Below are positions 28,912 to 41,351 of a stretch of DNA of 64,000 bases, one piece after another. Under the pieces are notes generated by a model, which was not told where the DNA came from, made no database searches, and saw only the letters and a program-made list of their open reading frames with translations. Within the stretch, counting starts at the first letter, position 1; the number at the start of each line of letters is the position of its first letter. The translations under genes and the position numbers were made by a program. The stretch is taken from assembly GCA_963771355.1 (NCBI GenBank), contig CAVYTA010000001.1, forward strand, positions 1-64,000. The letters are read 5' to 3'. Source of the stretch: an uncultured Candidatus Rokubacteria bacterium (lineage in GTDB: Bacteria; Methylomirabilota; Methylomirabilia; Rokubacteriales; CSP1-6).

Positions 28912-29713
28912 TCAGACCCGCGAGGCGCCGGCCTCGCCGGCCGCCCGCAGGCTCTCCTCGCGGATCAGCGCGAGCACCTCGCGCTTCAGCTCGTTGAAGA
29001 CGGCCGAGGTGGTGACTTCCAGCGAGCGCGGGCGCGGCAGGTCCACCACCAGGCGCCGCTTGATCCGGCCGGGCCGCGCCGTCATGACGGAGACGCTGTC
29101 GGCCAGCAGCAGCGCCTCCTCGATGTCGTGGGTGATGAAGAGCACGGTCTGGTGGTGCCGCTCCCACACCGCGAGCAGCAGCTCCTGCATCACCGACCTG
29201 CGTCTGGGCGTCCAGGCTGCCGAAGGGCTCGTCCATCAGCAGCACCTCGGGCTCCATGACCAGCACCCGCGCGATGCCCACCCGCTGCTTCATCCCGCCC
29301 GACAGCTCGGCCGGGTAGTGGCGCTCGAAGCCGCGGAGCCCCACCTGCTCGAGGTAGGCCTCGACCTTGGGGCGGTAGTGCGCCGCGGGGATCCCCATCG
29401 TGCGCGGGCCGAAGCTCACGTTGTCCCACACCGTGTACCAGGGGAAGAGCGCGGCCTCCTGGAAGACCACGGCGCGGCTGGGGTGGGGGGCCTCCACCGG
29501 CGTGCCGTTGACGAGGACGCGCCCGGCCGACGGGCGATCGAAGCCGGCCACCATGTTCAGGAGGGTGGACTTGCCGCAGCCGGAGGGGCCCAGGATGGCG
29601 GCGAACTCGTTGGGCGCGATGCGCAGGTCGATGTCCTGGAGCGCCACCAGGCGGCGGTCGCGGGCGACGAACTCCTTCGAGACGGAGCGCAGCTCGACCG
29701 CCGCCTCAGGCAT
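28912..29713 (-). CDS. NitT/TauT ABC transporter ATP-binding protein (frameshift ~29195)
   Basis: GPSGCGKST, LSGGMKQR, LMDEPFGSLD, FITHDIEEA. Confidence 0.9.
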
Positions 29714-30500
29714 GGGCCTCGAGCGTCCGCCAGCGCAGCAGGAGCCGCGCGGCGAGCAGGATGGCCTGGTCCGAGAGGAAGCCGAGCAGCCCCACCGAGA
29801 ACATGGTGGCGACGCAGATGTCCATGCGCCCCACGTAGTACGCATCCCACAGGACATAGCCCAGCCCGGACTTCACGGCGATCATCTCGGCCACGATCAC
29901 GGCCGTCCAGGCGATGCCGACGCCGAGCCGGAGGCCGGTGAAGATGGACGGGAGCGCCGAGGGCAGCACCACCTTGAAGAGCACGGTCCCCTCGCCGGCC
30001 CCCAGCATGCGCGCGGCGCGGAGCAGGAGCAGGTTGGTGTCGCGCACGCCGTGCGTGGTGTTGATCACGATGGGGTAGAAGGCGCCGAGCCCGATGAGGA
30101 AGAGGGCGCCCGCGTCATAGATCCCGAAGACGGCGATGGAGAACGGCAGCCACGCGGTGATGGGCACCGGCCGGAGCATCTGGATGGTGGGATCCACCAG
30201 CCGGGCGGTGAGGCGATTCCAGCCGATGAAGATGCCGAGGGGAATGCCCACCGCCGCGGCGAAGAGGAAGCCCTGGAGCACCCGGCGCGAGGAGTAGAGC
30301 ACGTTGGCCACCCAGGTGCCCGAATAGGGCGAGAGCCCACGCGTGGGCGCGCCGAAGATCCAGCGGTACCACGATTCGGCCACCTGGGCCGGCCCCGGGA
30401 TGATCCCTTCCACCACCCACCGCTGCTGCACCGCCAGGTGCCAGAGCGCGAGCAGGGCCAGCGGCAGCAGCAGGAACCAGGGGCCGCGCCTGGCCAGCAC
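29706..30500 (-). CDS. NitT/TauT ABC transporter permease
   Basis: LRPVP, AARMLGA, LPSALPSIFTGLR, AEMI....GLGY. Confidence 0.9.
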   Translation of the reverse strand: MLARRGPWFLLLPLALLALWHLAVQQRWVVEGIIPGPAQVAESWYRWIFGAPTRGLSPYSGTWVANVLYSSRRVLQGFLFAAAVGIPLGIFIGWNRLTARLVDPTIQMLRPVPITAWLPFSIAVFGIYDAGALFLIGLGAFYPIVINTTHGVRDTNLLLLRAARMLGAGEGTVLFKVVLPSALPSIFTGLRLGVGIAWTAVIVAEMIAVKSGLGYVLWDAYYVGRMDICVATMFSVGLLGFLSDQAILLAARLLLRWRTLEAHA

Positions 30501-30502
30501 CG

Positions 30503-31523
30503 CTACTGGTTCGAGACCCAGCTCCGCCGGCGTCTTGCCCGTGGCCCGGCTCAGGAAGTCATAGGTGTAGGACGCGGGGAGATCCGCCGAGACGTCGCGG
30601 GCGATGACGCCGTTGTCGGAGAGGAACTTGGACAGGCGCTTGATCGACTCGAGCGGCAGCGTGGCGTCCAGCTTGGTGAGCCGGATGCTCTCGGCGGCCA
30701 CCGGCTCGGGCAGCCCCGCCTTCTCGGCGTAGATCTTGGCCCAGCGCTGCGGGTTGGCCTGGGCGAACTTGAGCACGTCCACGTATGCCACCACCAGCCG
30801 CTGCACCGCGTCGCGGTTCTTTTCCAGGAAGCCGCGGTTCACCGCCAGCACCGAGATCAGCCCGCCCACCGTCTTGGACCGGTTGTGATCGATGGTCGGG
30901 TACTGGGCGTAGCCATCCACGATGCCCTGGGCGCAGAAGGGGTGCCACACCACCGCCATGTCGATCTCCTTGCCCTGCAGCGCCTTCAGATAGTTGGTGC
31001 CGCCGCCCATGATGTTGATGATCTTGAGCGCGCCGTACTCGCCCCCGTTCTCCTGGACGGAGGCCGCGAACTTGAGCCAGGAGATGGAGCCCGCGCCCAC
31101 GCCGATGTTCTTGCCCTGGAGGCTCTTCCAGTCCTTGATGTCGTCGCCCTTGCGCACGACCAGGCAGTCGTTGCCCGAGCCCACGCCGGCCACGCCGACC
31201 ATGCTCTTGGTCCCCTGGCCGAGTCCCAGCGAGATGTCTTGCGGACCGAACGCCGTGATGTCCAGGTCGCCGGAGGCCAGTGCCGTGCGCGCATCCGCGA
31301 AGCGCTGGAACATGACCGGCTCCATCTGGATGTTGTACTTGGCCGCGTACTCGGGCAGGAGCCAGAGCGGGGAGAGCGCGGGCACGTTCAGCATGCCCAG
31401 CTTGGCCTTCACCGGTGACGGCAGCGGCGTTCGCAGGGCATCCTGGGCCGCGACGGACGAGGAGGCGGTCAGAGCGCCGAGCAGGGCCAGCGACAGCGCG
31501 GCGAGCCGGAGGCGTGACGTCAT
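30503..31523 (-). CDS. NitT/TauT ABC transporter substrate-binding protein (reads in frame into the permease as assembled)
   Basis: Signal peptide; ALASGDLD, I....SL.GK.IGV..GS, AL.G..ID....W.P. Confidence 0.85.
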
Positions 31524-31625
31524 GGGGAAGTCCTTTCCGACACCGGGGGTGGGCAGGGGCATGGACCCTGATACCGTGCGGATCACGAGCCCGTCAAGCG
31601 TGAAGTGGGGGTATGATCGGCACCC

Positions 31626-32852
31626 ATGACAGGCGTGCTCGTGAGCGACGTGAAGATCCTCGAAACGTCGACGGGGGCCCGCCTGTCGGCCCGGCTCCGG
31701 GGTGGGCCGGACCTGCCGCCGACCCTCTGGTTCGAGGTCCCGGCCGCGTTCGCCGACGCCCTGAGCGCGCGCGGCGATCCGTTTCTCCCGGCGCTGCTGC
31801 TGCGCGCGCTCCGGCGGCCGGGCCCGATCGTCATCGAGGCCGAGGTCTCGCCCGATCTGCTGGCGTCGGCGCACCGGGCCGCCGCGCTCCTCGAGACGTG
31901 GGGGCTGCCGCCCGGGCGCGTCCCCGGCGCCGCGGTCGAGATCCAGGCGCCGGTCGGGGTGGCGGCGCGCCGGGGAGCGGGGGTGGGCGCCTTCTTCTCG
32001 GGCGGGGTGGATTCCTTCTACACCGTGGTCAAGAACATCGCGCGCTACCCCGAGAGCGATTCCCGGTCGATCACCCACCTGGTGATGATGCATGGCTTCG
32101 ACGTGCGGGCCGAGGACGCCGCGCTCTTCGCGCGCCTCTCCGGTCCCCTCCGGGAAGCCGCGACCGCCCTGGGGAAACGCTTCGTCACCCTCCGGACCAA
32201 CCTCCGGGAGCTGTTCGGCGACGACGATTTCGACTTCACCCACGGGGTGGTGCTGGCCGGCGCCGGTCACGCGGTGGCGGGCCTCTTCCACACCCTCTAC
32301 ATCGCCTCGTCGTACCCCTACTCGGAGCTCAGGCCGTGGGGCTCGCATCCGAACCTCGACCCGCTCTGGTCGAGCGAGCGGGTCGACTTCGTCCACGACG
32401 GATCCGAGCGCTCCCGGCCCGAGAAGATCGGGGTGCTCGCGCGGAGCCCGGTGGCGCTCCGCGGGCTGCGCGTGTGCTGGATGCAGCGGAATGCGTACAA
32501 CTGCGGGAAGTGCGAGAAGTGCGTGCGCACCATGCTGGGGCTCGTCGTGCATGGCGTGCTCGATCAGGCCACGGGCTTCCCGTCGCGGCTCGATCCGGAC
32601 GAGGTCGCGCGGATCTTCGTGCCCGAGTTCATCCGCATCCGGTGGAAGGAGATCTCCGGTGAGCTCCAGGCCACGGAGCCCGACCTCGCCCGCGCGGCCG
32701 CGCGGGCGGTGGCGCGGAGCGAGCGGCTGGATGCCGTGTGGCACGTCCTCTCGCGGCTGGGGCTCACGCGCGAGCGCGCGAAGGCCCTCGACCGCGCCCT
32801 GTTCCGGGGGGCGGCGCTCACCGTGTGGCGCCGGCTGACACGGGCCCGGTAG
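31626..32852 (+). CDS. Hypothetical PP-loop (adenine nucleotide alpha-hydrolase/QueC-like) protein
   Basis: FFSGGVDS PP-loop; LRVCW....YNCGKCEKC.RT. Confidence 0.75.
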   Translation: MTGVLVSDVKILETSTGARLSARLRGGPDLPPTLWFEVPAAFADALSARGDPFLPALLLRALRRPGPIVIEAEVSPDLLASAHRAAALLETWGLPPGRVPGAAVEIQAPVGVAARRGAGVGAFFSGGVDSFYTVVKNIARYPESDSRSITHLVMMHGFDVRAEDAALFARLSGPLREAATALGKRFVTLRTNLRELFGDDDFDFTHGVVLAGAGHAVAGLFHTLYIASSYPYSELRPWGSHPNLDPLWSSERVDFVHDGSERSRPEKIGVLARSPVALRGLRVCWMQRNAYNCGKCEKCVRTMLGLVVHGVLDQATGFPSRLDPDEVARIFVPEFIRIRWKEISGELQATEPDLARAAARAVARSERLDAVWHVLSRLGLTRERAKALDRALFRGAALTVWRRLTRAR

Positions 32853-32865
32853 CGCCCGCTCGCCG

Positions 32866-35253
32866 TCACGCCTCCCCCGCCTCGCCGCGCACCCACTCCC
32901 ACACTCGCTCCGGCGTGATCGGCAGGGCGCGGATGGTCACGCCGTAAGGCGCCAGCGCATCCTCGACGGCATTGGCCACCGCCGCCGGGCCCGGGATGGC
33001 GCCGCCCTCGCCCACGCCCTTGGCGCCCAGCGGGGTGAACGGGGAGGGATGCTCGAGCCGCTCCACCTCGATCTCGGGCACGTCGGTGGCGGTGGGCTTG
33101 AGGTAGTCGAGGAAGGTGGAGGTGAGGAATTGCCCCTGCGCGTCGTAGCGGAACTCCTCGAGCAGGGCGGCGCCGATCCCGTGCACGGTGGAGCCGTGCA
33201 CCATGCCCTCCACGATGAGGGGATTGAGCTCGCGGCCGCAGTCGTTCACGACGAGGTACTTGAGCACGGTGACCTCGCCGGTGCGCGGGTGCACCTCGAC
33301 CAGGCAGCAGTGCGCGGCGTTGGCGAAGACGAGCTGGGAGCGCAGGCGGCGCTGCGCGTCCACCGGCGTCGCGAGCGGATTCGAGTGCGCGTGGCGGGCC
33401 TCGAGGCCCGGCTCTTCCCCCGGCGGCAGGCCGAGCACGTCGGCGTAGGCGGTGCGCGCGAGCTCGGCGAAGGCGATGCGCCGGTCGGGCGCGCCCGCCA
33501 CCACGGCGGCGCCGTCGCGCAGCACCAGATCGCCGGGGTCGATCTCCAGGCGATGCGCGGCCAGGCGGCGGAGCTTGTCCGCCACGCGGCGGGCGGCGCC
33601 CACGATGGCGCCGGTATCGGTGACGGAGAACTTGTTCGAGTAGTTGCCCGAGAGGTAGAGCCAGGGCGTGGTCGCCGAGTCGAAGCCGCGGGCGACGGCG
33701 ACGTCCGCCGGGGTGAGCCCGAGCTCGTCCGCCACGATCTGGGCGATGACGGTCTCGTAGCCCTGGCCGCTGGACGGGTCGCCGATGGACACGCGGACCT
33801 GGCCGTCCGGCTCCATGCGGACCATGCACGCCTCGGCCGAGCCTGAAACCGTGCGCCGCCCGGTGAGGAGCTCGTAGGAGGCGAGGTTGGTGCCCGCGGG
33901 CTCGATGGAGGTGGCGATGCCGATGCCGAGGAGGCGCCCGTCCTTGCGGGCCTGCGCCTGCCGGGTGCGCCAGCCCGCGTAGTCGAAGCACTCCAGCGCG
34001 CGGCGCAGCGTGGCCGGGTAGTCACCGCTGTCGTACTGCGCGCCGGGGGGCGTGGTGTAGGGCATCTCGTCGGCGGTGACGTAGTTGCGCAGGCGCAGCT
34101 CCGCCGGATCCTGGCCCAGCCGCCGGGCCAGGAGCGCCATGGCGCGCTCGACCGCGAAGCACATGAAGGGCTTGCCGATGCCGCGGTTGGCGCCGCTCGG
34201 GCACTTGGTGGTGAGCACCGACCAGGCCTCGTAGCGGATGGCGGGGATGCGGTAGCCGTTGGCGATATTGCCCAGCTTGATGAGGTTGTGCTGGGTGGGG
34301 GTGAAGAGGTTCTTGCCCTCGTCGGTGACGTCGCGGACGCTCAGCGCCAGGAGCGTGCCGTCGGCCGCGTACGCCAGCGCCACGTCCATCACGCCGTTGG
34401 CGGCATGCATCAGCGCGGTGAGGTTCTCCACGCGATCCTCGATCCACTTCACCGGGCGGCCCGCTCGCCGCGCCAGCAGCGCGCAGAGCACGAGATACGC
34501 CGGCCGGCGCTTGTTGCCGAAGCCGCCGCCGATGTCGGGGCAGGAGAGCCGGATGCGCGACTGCGGGACCCCCAGCGCGGCGGCCAGGATCGAGATCGTC
34601 AGCCCCGGCCGCTGATCGTTGGTCCAGAACTCGAAGCTGTCCGTGCCCCCATCGTAGGCGGCCATGGCGCCGAAGGTCTCGAGCGGCGTCGAGGCATAGC
34701 GCTGGATGGTGAAGCGCTCGCGGAGGACGCCGTGCGCGCGCGCCATCGCGCCGTCCACGTCGCCGTAGGTGAGCGTGTCGTGCCAGACGACATTGGTGCC
34801 GAGCTCCGGATAGAGGAGCGGCGCGCCGGGCTTGAGCGCCTCCTCCGGGTCCACCACCGGCGGCAAGGGCTCGTAGACGACCTCGATGCGCTCGAGCGCG
34901 TCCTCGGCGGTGGCGCGATCCCCCGCCGCCACCGCGGCCACGGGCTCGCCGACATAGCGCGCGCGGTCCACCGCGAGGCAGTAGTCGGACACGGCGGCGG
35001 TGGTGGGGATGAGCGGGCGGATGGGCCCGGAGAGGCGCACGACATCCGCGCCGGTGAGCACGGCGGCCACGCCGGGCAGCGCGGCGGCCCGGCTCGCGTC
35101 GATCGACACGATCCGGGCATGGGCATGCGGGCTCCGCAAGATCGCCGCGTGGAGGAGGCCGGCCGGGCCGAGGTCGTCGATGAAGCGGCCGCGCCCGGCG
35201 ACGAGGCGGACGTCTTCCTTCAGCGGCAGCGGGGCGCCCGACCCAGGGCCCGC

Positions 35254-35257
<4 letters not shown>
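32866..35257 (-). CDS. Xanthine dehydrogenase-family Mo-hydroxylase large subunit, CoxL-like (frameshift near N-terminus)
   Basis: RSPHAHARI, DIGGGFGNK, GQGYET, KGVGEGG. Active-site loop GANRGIG, not the form I CODH AYxCSFR. Confidence 0.9.
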
Positions 35258-35782
<525 letters not shown>

Positions 35783-35996
35783 GACTGAAGCTAATACCAC
35801 GGGAGGCCCTCGCCTGGTGGCCTCGTCTCCTTCCGGCGAGGCGAACCTCGTCGCGGCGGCAACGCGGGTCCGCCATCGAAGCCAGAGCGAAACGCAGGGC
35901 GGTAACCTATGATAGTCGCCTCGGCTTCGACGACCCGACCGGCGCCGCGGCCGTTGAACGAAGCTTGGCCGACTCGACACGCGAGGGGCTGACCCG

Positions 35997-38066
35997 GTGG
36001 GCTATCGGCTCGGGATCGACGTGGGTGGCACCTTCACGGACCTCGTGCTCTACGACGACGTGTCCTCCGCGCTCAGCATCGAGAAGGTGCCGTCGGTGCC
36101 CGCCGATCCGGCCGACGGCATCGTGCAGGGCATCGTTCGGCTCCTCCGCGCCGCGGGCGTGGCGCCCGCCGCGGTGGGCTACGTGGCGCACGGCACGACG
36201 GCGGCCACCAACGCGCTCCTCGAGCGAAAAGGGGCCCGCACCGCCCTCATCACGACCAAGGGGTTTCGCGATCTCCTGGAGATCGCGCGGCAGAAGCGGC
36301 CCGCCCTCTACGACCTCCACGCGCGGAAGCCGGTCCCGCTCGTCCCCCGCCATCGCCGCTACGAGGTGGCCGAACGAGTCATGACGGACGGACGCGTGCG
36401 GACCCCGCTCGACCTCGAGGAGGTCGAGCGGGTGCTGGCGCGGATCGCCGCCGAGCCGTCCGCCGGCGGCCCCGTCGAGGCCCTGGCCATCTGCTTTCTC
36501 TACTCCTTCCTCGCTCCCGACCACGAGCGGCAGGTGCTGGAGCGCGCCCGCGCGCGCTTCCCCTCGCTGGCCATCGTGGCGTCCTACGAGGTGCACCCTG
36601 AGTTCCGCGAGTACGAGCGGCTGAGCACCACCGTCGCCAACGCCTACCTCGCCCCGCGCATGAGCGCCTACGTGCGCGCGTTCCGCCGACGGGTCGAGGA
36701 GCTCGGCATCCCGGCCCTCCCGTACATCAACCAGTCCAACGGCGGGACCATGTCCGTCGAGGAAGCGGCGCGGGTGCCCGTGCGCACCGCGCTGTCCGGG
36801 CCCAGCGCTGGCGTGGCCGGGGCGGCGTGGATCGCGGCCCAGACGGGCTTCGACGCCATCGCCACCTTCGATATGGGCGGCACCAGCACCGACGTCGCCT
36901 TCGTCCACGGCGGGACGCCGGGCCTGGCCTTCGAGCGCGAGATCGGCGGTGTGATGCTGCGGGTGCCGACGCTGGACATCCACACCGTCGGCGCCGGTGG
37001 CGGCTCCATCGCCTGGCGCGACTCCGGCGGCGCCCTCAAGGTGGGCCCCCAGAGCGCGGGCGCCGATCCCGGACCGGCCTGCTACGGGCGCGGCGGCGAG
37101 GCGCCCACCGTCGCCGACGCAAATCTGATATTGGGCCGGCTAGGGCCGACGGGGCTGGCCGGCGGGACGGTCCCTCTCGAGCCGGCGCGGGCTGAGGCCG
37201 CGATCGGCCGGCTAGCGCGCGAGCTCGGCCTGTCACCGCTGGAGGCCGCGCGAGGAGTGGTGCGCGTCGTCAACGCCAACATGGCCAATGCCGTGCGCGT
37301 TGTCACCGTGCAGCGGGGCGTGGACCCGACGGGGCTGACCCTGGTGCCGTTCGGGGGCGCGGGGCCCTTGCACGCCGGCGAGCTCGCTCAGGAGCTCGGC
37401 ATTCCCACTCTCGCGGTCCCACCGGCTCCCGGGCTCCTCTGCGCCCTCGGGCTCCTCGTCGAAGATCTGCGTACGGACGCCGTGCGCACCCATCTGGCGC
37501 TCCTCGAGCCCGACGGCCTCGCGGCGCTGGCCGCCCGGTTCGCGGAAATGGAGCGGGACGCCATGCGCTGGCTCGATCGGGAGTCCGTGCCGGCGGCGCG
37601 GCGGCGCCTCGAGCGCTGGCTCGACCTCCGCTACGTAGGCCAGAACTTCGAGCTGCTGGTGCCCGTGCCCGAGGAGACGTGGCGGGACGGCGATTGCGCC
37701 GCGCTCCGCCGGCGCTTCCTCGAGACGCACGAGCAGGTGTACGGCTTCGCGGCCGAGGACGAACCGGTCCAGGTCGTCAACGTGCGCCTGGTCGCGAGGG
37801 GCCTGGCCGATCCTCCCCGGCTCGCGCGCCTGCCACGTGGCGGGGCCGAGGCGAGCGCCGCCGAGATCGGCCGCCGCGGCGTCTACGTCGACGACGCGCA
37901 GGGCGTGGTTCCTTGTCCGGTGTATGCTCGGGCGCGGCTTCTCGCCGGCCAGCGCCTCGCCGGTCCCGCGGTGGTGGAGCAGTTCGACGCCACCACCTGG
38001 CTCCTCCCGCGCCAGGAGGCGGTGGTGGACGACCTGGGCTTTCTCGTGATCCGGCGGGAGCGATGA
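35997..38066 (+). CDS. Hydantoinase/oxoprolinase subunit A
   Basis: GIDVGGTFTD, HGTT.ATNA, SGPSAG, DMGGTSTD, GAGGGSI, SAGADPGPACY. Confidence 0.93.
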   Translation: MGYRLGIDVGGTFTDLVLYDDVSSALSIEKVPSVPADPADGIVQGIVRLLRAAGVAPAAVGYVAHGTTAATNALLERKGARTALITTKGFRDLLEIARQKRPALYDLHARKPVPLVPRHRRYEVAERVMTDGRVRTPLDLEEVERVLARIAAEPSAGGPVEALAICFLYSFLAPDHERQVLERARARFPSLAIVASYEVHPEFREYERLSTTVANAYLAPRMSAYVRAFRRRVEELGIPALPYINQSNGGTMSVEEAARVPVRTALSGPSAGVAGAAWIAAQTGFDAIATFDMGGTSTDVAFVHGGTPGLAFEREIGGVMLRVPTLDIHTVGAGGGSIAWRDSGGALKVGPQSAGADPGPACYGRGGEAPTVADANLILGRLGPTGLAGGTVPLEPARAEAAIGRLARELGLSPLEAARGVVRVVNANMANAVRVVTVQRGVDPTGLTLVPFGGAGPLHAGELAQELGIPTLAVPPAPGLLCALGLLVEDLRTDAVRTHLALLEPDGLAALAARFAEMERDAMRWLDRESVPAARRRLERWLDLRYVGQNFELLVPVPEETWRDGDCAALRRRFLETHEQVYGFAAEDEPVQVVNVRLVARGLADPPRLARLPRGGAEASAAEIGRRGVYVDDAQGVVPCPVYARARLLAGQRLAGPAVVEQFDATTWLLPRQEAVVDDLGFLVIRRER

Positions 38067-38073
38067 GAGCGCC

Positions 38074-39700
38074 ATGGATCGGGTGACGCTCGAGGTCATC
38101 GGCGCCGCCCTCCTCAGCATCGCCGAGGAGATGGGCACCGCGCTCATCAAGTCCTCCTACTCCACCAACATCAAGGAGCGGCAGGACTGCTCGACCGCTA
38201 TCTTCGACGCCCGCGGCGAGGTCATCGCCCAGGCGGAGCACATCCCGATGCATCTCGGCTCCTTGCTCGGGGTCGTCCAGGAGATCCTCGCGCGCTATCC
38301 GGCCTCGGCCCTGGCGCCAGGCGATGTCTTCATCTCCAACGATCCCTACACCGGGGGCGGCACGCACCTGCCCGGACATCAACCTGATCAGCCCGGTCTT
38401 CGCCGATGGCGTGCTGTTCGGCTTCGTGGCCAACATCGCCCACCACGCCGACCGCAGCGCCGACCGGATCCGGACGATCTGGGACGAGGGGCTCCGGATC
38501 ACGCCGATCCGCCTCGCCGAGGCCGGCCGGATCCGCGAGGACGTGATGGAGCTCCTGCTGGCCAACTTCGCGCTGCCCGACCAGCGGCGGGGCGATTTCC
38601 GGGCCCAGATCGCGGCCAACCGCCTCGGCGAGCGTCGGCTCGCCGAGCTGATCGGCCGCTACGGGGCCCTCACCGTGCGGGCGGCGTGCGAGGCGTCGCT
38701 GGCGTATGGCGAGCGCAAGATCCGCGCCGCCATCACCTCGCTGCCGGACGGGGTCTGGCGATACGCCGACGCCATGGACGACGATGGGGTCACCCCGAAC
38801 CCCATCCCCATCGTGGTCACGATCACCAAGCGGGGCGACGCGCTGGCGCTCGACTTCTCGGGCAGCGGACCGCAGTGCGCGGGCGACATCAACGTCGTGT
38901 ACTTCGCCCTGCTGGCCACCGTGTACTACGCGCTCAAGGCGGTGCTCGATCCCACGATTCCCGCCAACGGGGGCTTCTACCGGGCCATCACGGTGACCGC
39001 CCCCGAGGGAAGCATCGTCAATGCCCGGCCGCCGGCCCCGGTGGCCTGGCGCACCCAGACCTGCCAGCGCATCGCCGACGTGGTGCTGGGGGCCCTCGCC
39101 CAGGTGGTGCCCGAGCGCGTGCCGGCGGCGGGCAACGGGGCCAACTGCGCCATGGTCTTCTCCGGCACCGATCCGAGCACCGGGAAGCTCTACGTCTACC
39201 TCGAGACCCTGGCGGGGGGCGCCGGCGCCACCGAGACCGGCGACGGCCTGGACGCCGTGCAGGTGCACGTCACGAACACGTCGAACCTGCCGGTGGAGGC
39301 GCTGGAATCGGAGTACCCGCTCCTCGTGGCCGAGTACGCCCTCGTCGAGGGCAGCGGGGGCGCCGGCCGGCACCGGGGCGGGCTCGGGCTCCGGCGCACC
39401 ATCGAGGTCCTCGGCCACGAGGCGCGCTTTCTCGGCACAACGGAGCGGGCGCGCCTGGCCCCCTGGGGCCTCTGCGGCGGCCAGCCCGGCGGCCGGGCGC
39501 GCCTCGTGCTCGATCCGGGCGGACCCGACGAGCGCGACCTGCCGCCGAAGGTCTGGGGCTATCCCCTCAAGCCCGGCGATCGCGTGTCGATCGAGACGCC
39601 CGGCGCCGGCGGCTATGGCCCGCCCGAGGAGCGAGCCCTCGAGCAGCGGCAGGAGGACGAGCGCGACGGCATCAGCCGCGGCCGCGACGACACCCCTTGA
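38074..39700 (+). CDS. Hydantoinase B/oxoprolinase subunit (frameshift ~38370)
   Basis: EEMG.AL...YS.NIKE..D.S, NDPY.GGTHL, NLPVE..E..YP, TPGAGGYG. Confidence 0.92.
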
Positions 39701-39767
39701 CGTCGGAGATCCGACCGTTACGGGGACGGAGCCTCCGCGGCCGTGGTACTCGTCCGCCTCAGCATGG

Positions 39768-41306
39768 TCAGCTTCCCGCCACGCGGCGGGTGTGGCCAGC
39801 CCAGTAGGGCTCGCGGAGGTCGCGACGCTTGATCTTGCCGACGGGCGTCTTGGGCAGTGGCTCGTCGCGGATCACGACGCGGCCCGGCTTCTTGTAGGAC
39901 CCGAGTTGGTCGATGCAGAGCTGGGCGACCTCCGCCTCGGCCACGCGCGTGCCCGGCTTCGGCACCACGACGGCGCAGGGCGTCTCACCCCAGCGCGGGT
40001 CGGGGATGCCGAAGACCGCCACCTCCATCACCCCGGGGTGGCCGGCGATGGCGTTCTCGAGCTCCATCGGCCAGATATTGAAGCCACCGGAGATGATCAT
40101 GTCGTCGGCGCGGTCCAGCAGGTAGAGGTAGCCGTTCCGGTCGATCATGCCGATGTCGCCGGTGAGCACCCACCCGTCGACCATGCGCTCCTTCGTGCCT
40201 TCCGGGTCGTTCCAGAAGCCGGTCATCTGCCCGTCGGACCGAGCGACGATCTGCCCGGGCTTGCCCAGGGGCACCGGCTGGTTGCGCTCGTCCCAGATCT
40301 CGACGTCGGCGAAGGGCATGACGAGGCCGCAGGACCGCAGGGGGGCGGAGCCCTCCACCTCGGCGAACCATTGCCGCGGCCCCATGAACGACAGCAGCAG
40401 CACCTCGGTCTGGCCGTATCCCTGGTAGATGCGGTCGCCGAAGATCTCGTGCGCGGTGAGCGCGGTCGTGTCCGAGATCGGCGCCGCCGCGATCAGCATG
40501 CACTTGAGCTTCGACCAGTCCCGCGTGCGCACCGTGGGCTCGTGGTTCAGCACGTTGACCACCGTCGGCACCGCAAACAGGTAGGCGATGCCCTCGCGCT
40601 CCATGATCTCGACCACCGCGGCCGGCTCGAACTTGTCCACCATCACGTTGCAGCCACCCCCGAGCCAGATCGGCACGAAGAGGTAGCCGGAGCCGTGGCT
40701 GATCGGGCCCAGGTGCAGGCATTTGTCGCCCGGCTCCACCGGCGGGTAGTGGTAGAACCAGTCGCGGTTGCAGGCCAGCCAGGCCTTGTGGGTGTAGGCG
40801 ACGCCCTTGCTGCGCCCGGTGGTGCCGCCGGTGTGGCGGATGATATAGGGGTCCTCCGGACGGATCCTCAGCATCGGGTCCGCCGGCGACTGCTGGGCGA
40901 GCCAGGCCTCATAGCTCTCGTCGCGCACCAGGACGTGCCGGAGCTCGGGGAGCTGCTGCGTGAAGTCCGCCACGTCCGGCGCGTGGCTGGCGCCGACCAC
41001 CAGCGCCTTGCAGCCGGTGTGCCCGACCATGTGCAGATGCGCTTCACGCGAGTTCCGGGGATAGAGCGGCACGCGCACCAGGTTGGCGATGCCTGCGCCC
41101 AGGAAGAAGTCCGCGGCCTCCTTGGAATTGTCCTCCAGCACCGCGACGCGGTCCCCGGGCTCGAGGCCGAGAGCAATCAGTCCGTTCGCCATGCGACAGC
41201 CGCGCTCCCAGGCCCGGGCGAAGGTCAGCCGGTCCCCGCCGTGCACGACCGCCTCGCGGCCGGCGAAAAACGTCGCGGCACGCCGCATCGCGCTCGTCAC
41301 GTCCAT
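39768..41306 (-). CDS. AMP-binding acyl-CoA synthetase
   Basis: HTGGTTGRSKG, YGQTE, TGDIG, IISGGFNI, PKT.VGKI. Confidence 0.92.
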   Translation of the reverse strand: MDVTSAMRRAATFFAGREAVVHGGDRLTFARAWERGCRMANGLIALGLEPGDRVAVLEDNSKEAADFFLGAGIANLVRVPLYPRNSREAHLHMVGHTGCKALVVGASHAPDVADFTQQLPELRHVLVRDESYEAWLAQQSPADPMLRIRPEDPYIIRHTGGTTGRSKGVAYTHKAWLACNRDWFYHYPPVEPGDKCLHLGPISHGSGYLFVPIWLGGGCNVMVDKFEPAAVVEIMEREGIAYLFAVPTVVNVLNHEPTVRTRDWSKLKCMLIAAAPISDTTALTAHEIFGDRIYQGYGQTEVLLLSFMGPRQWFAEVEGSAPLRSCGLVMPFADVEIWDERNQPVPLGKPGQIVARSDGQMTGFWNDPEGTKERMVDGWVLTGDIGMIDRNGYLYLLDRADDMIISGGFNIWPMELENAIAGHPGVMEVAVFGIPDPRWGETPCAVVVPKPGTRVAEAEVAQLCIDQLGSYKKPGRVVIRDEPLPKTPVGKIKRRDLREPYWAGHTRRVAGS

Positions 41307-41351
41307 GGCGTCCTCCCCCGGGCTGGCACAGCGACCTCGACGCCGACGGGG

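Noticed and set aside
29706..31523. Apparent in-frame fusion of NitT/TauT SBP and permease
   Set aside because: An out-of-frame TAG (30503-30505) lies 2 bp before a plausible GTG permease start. One extra base near 30510 explains the fusion in this indel-prone assembly.
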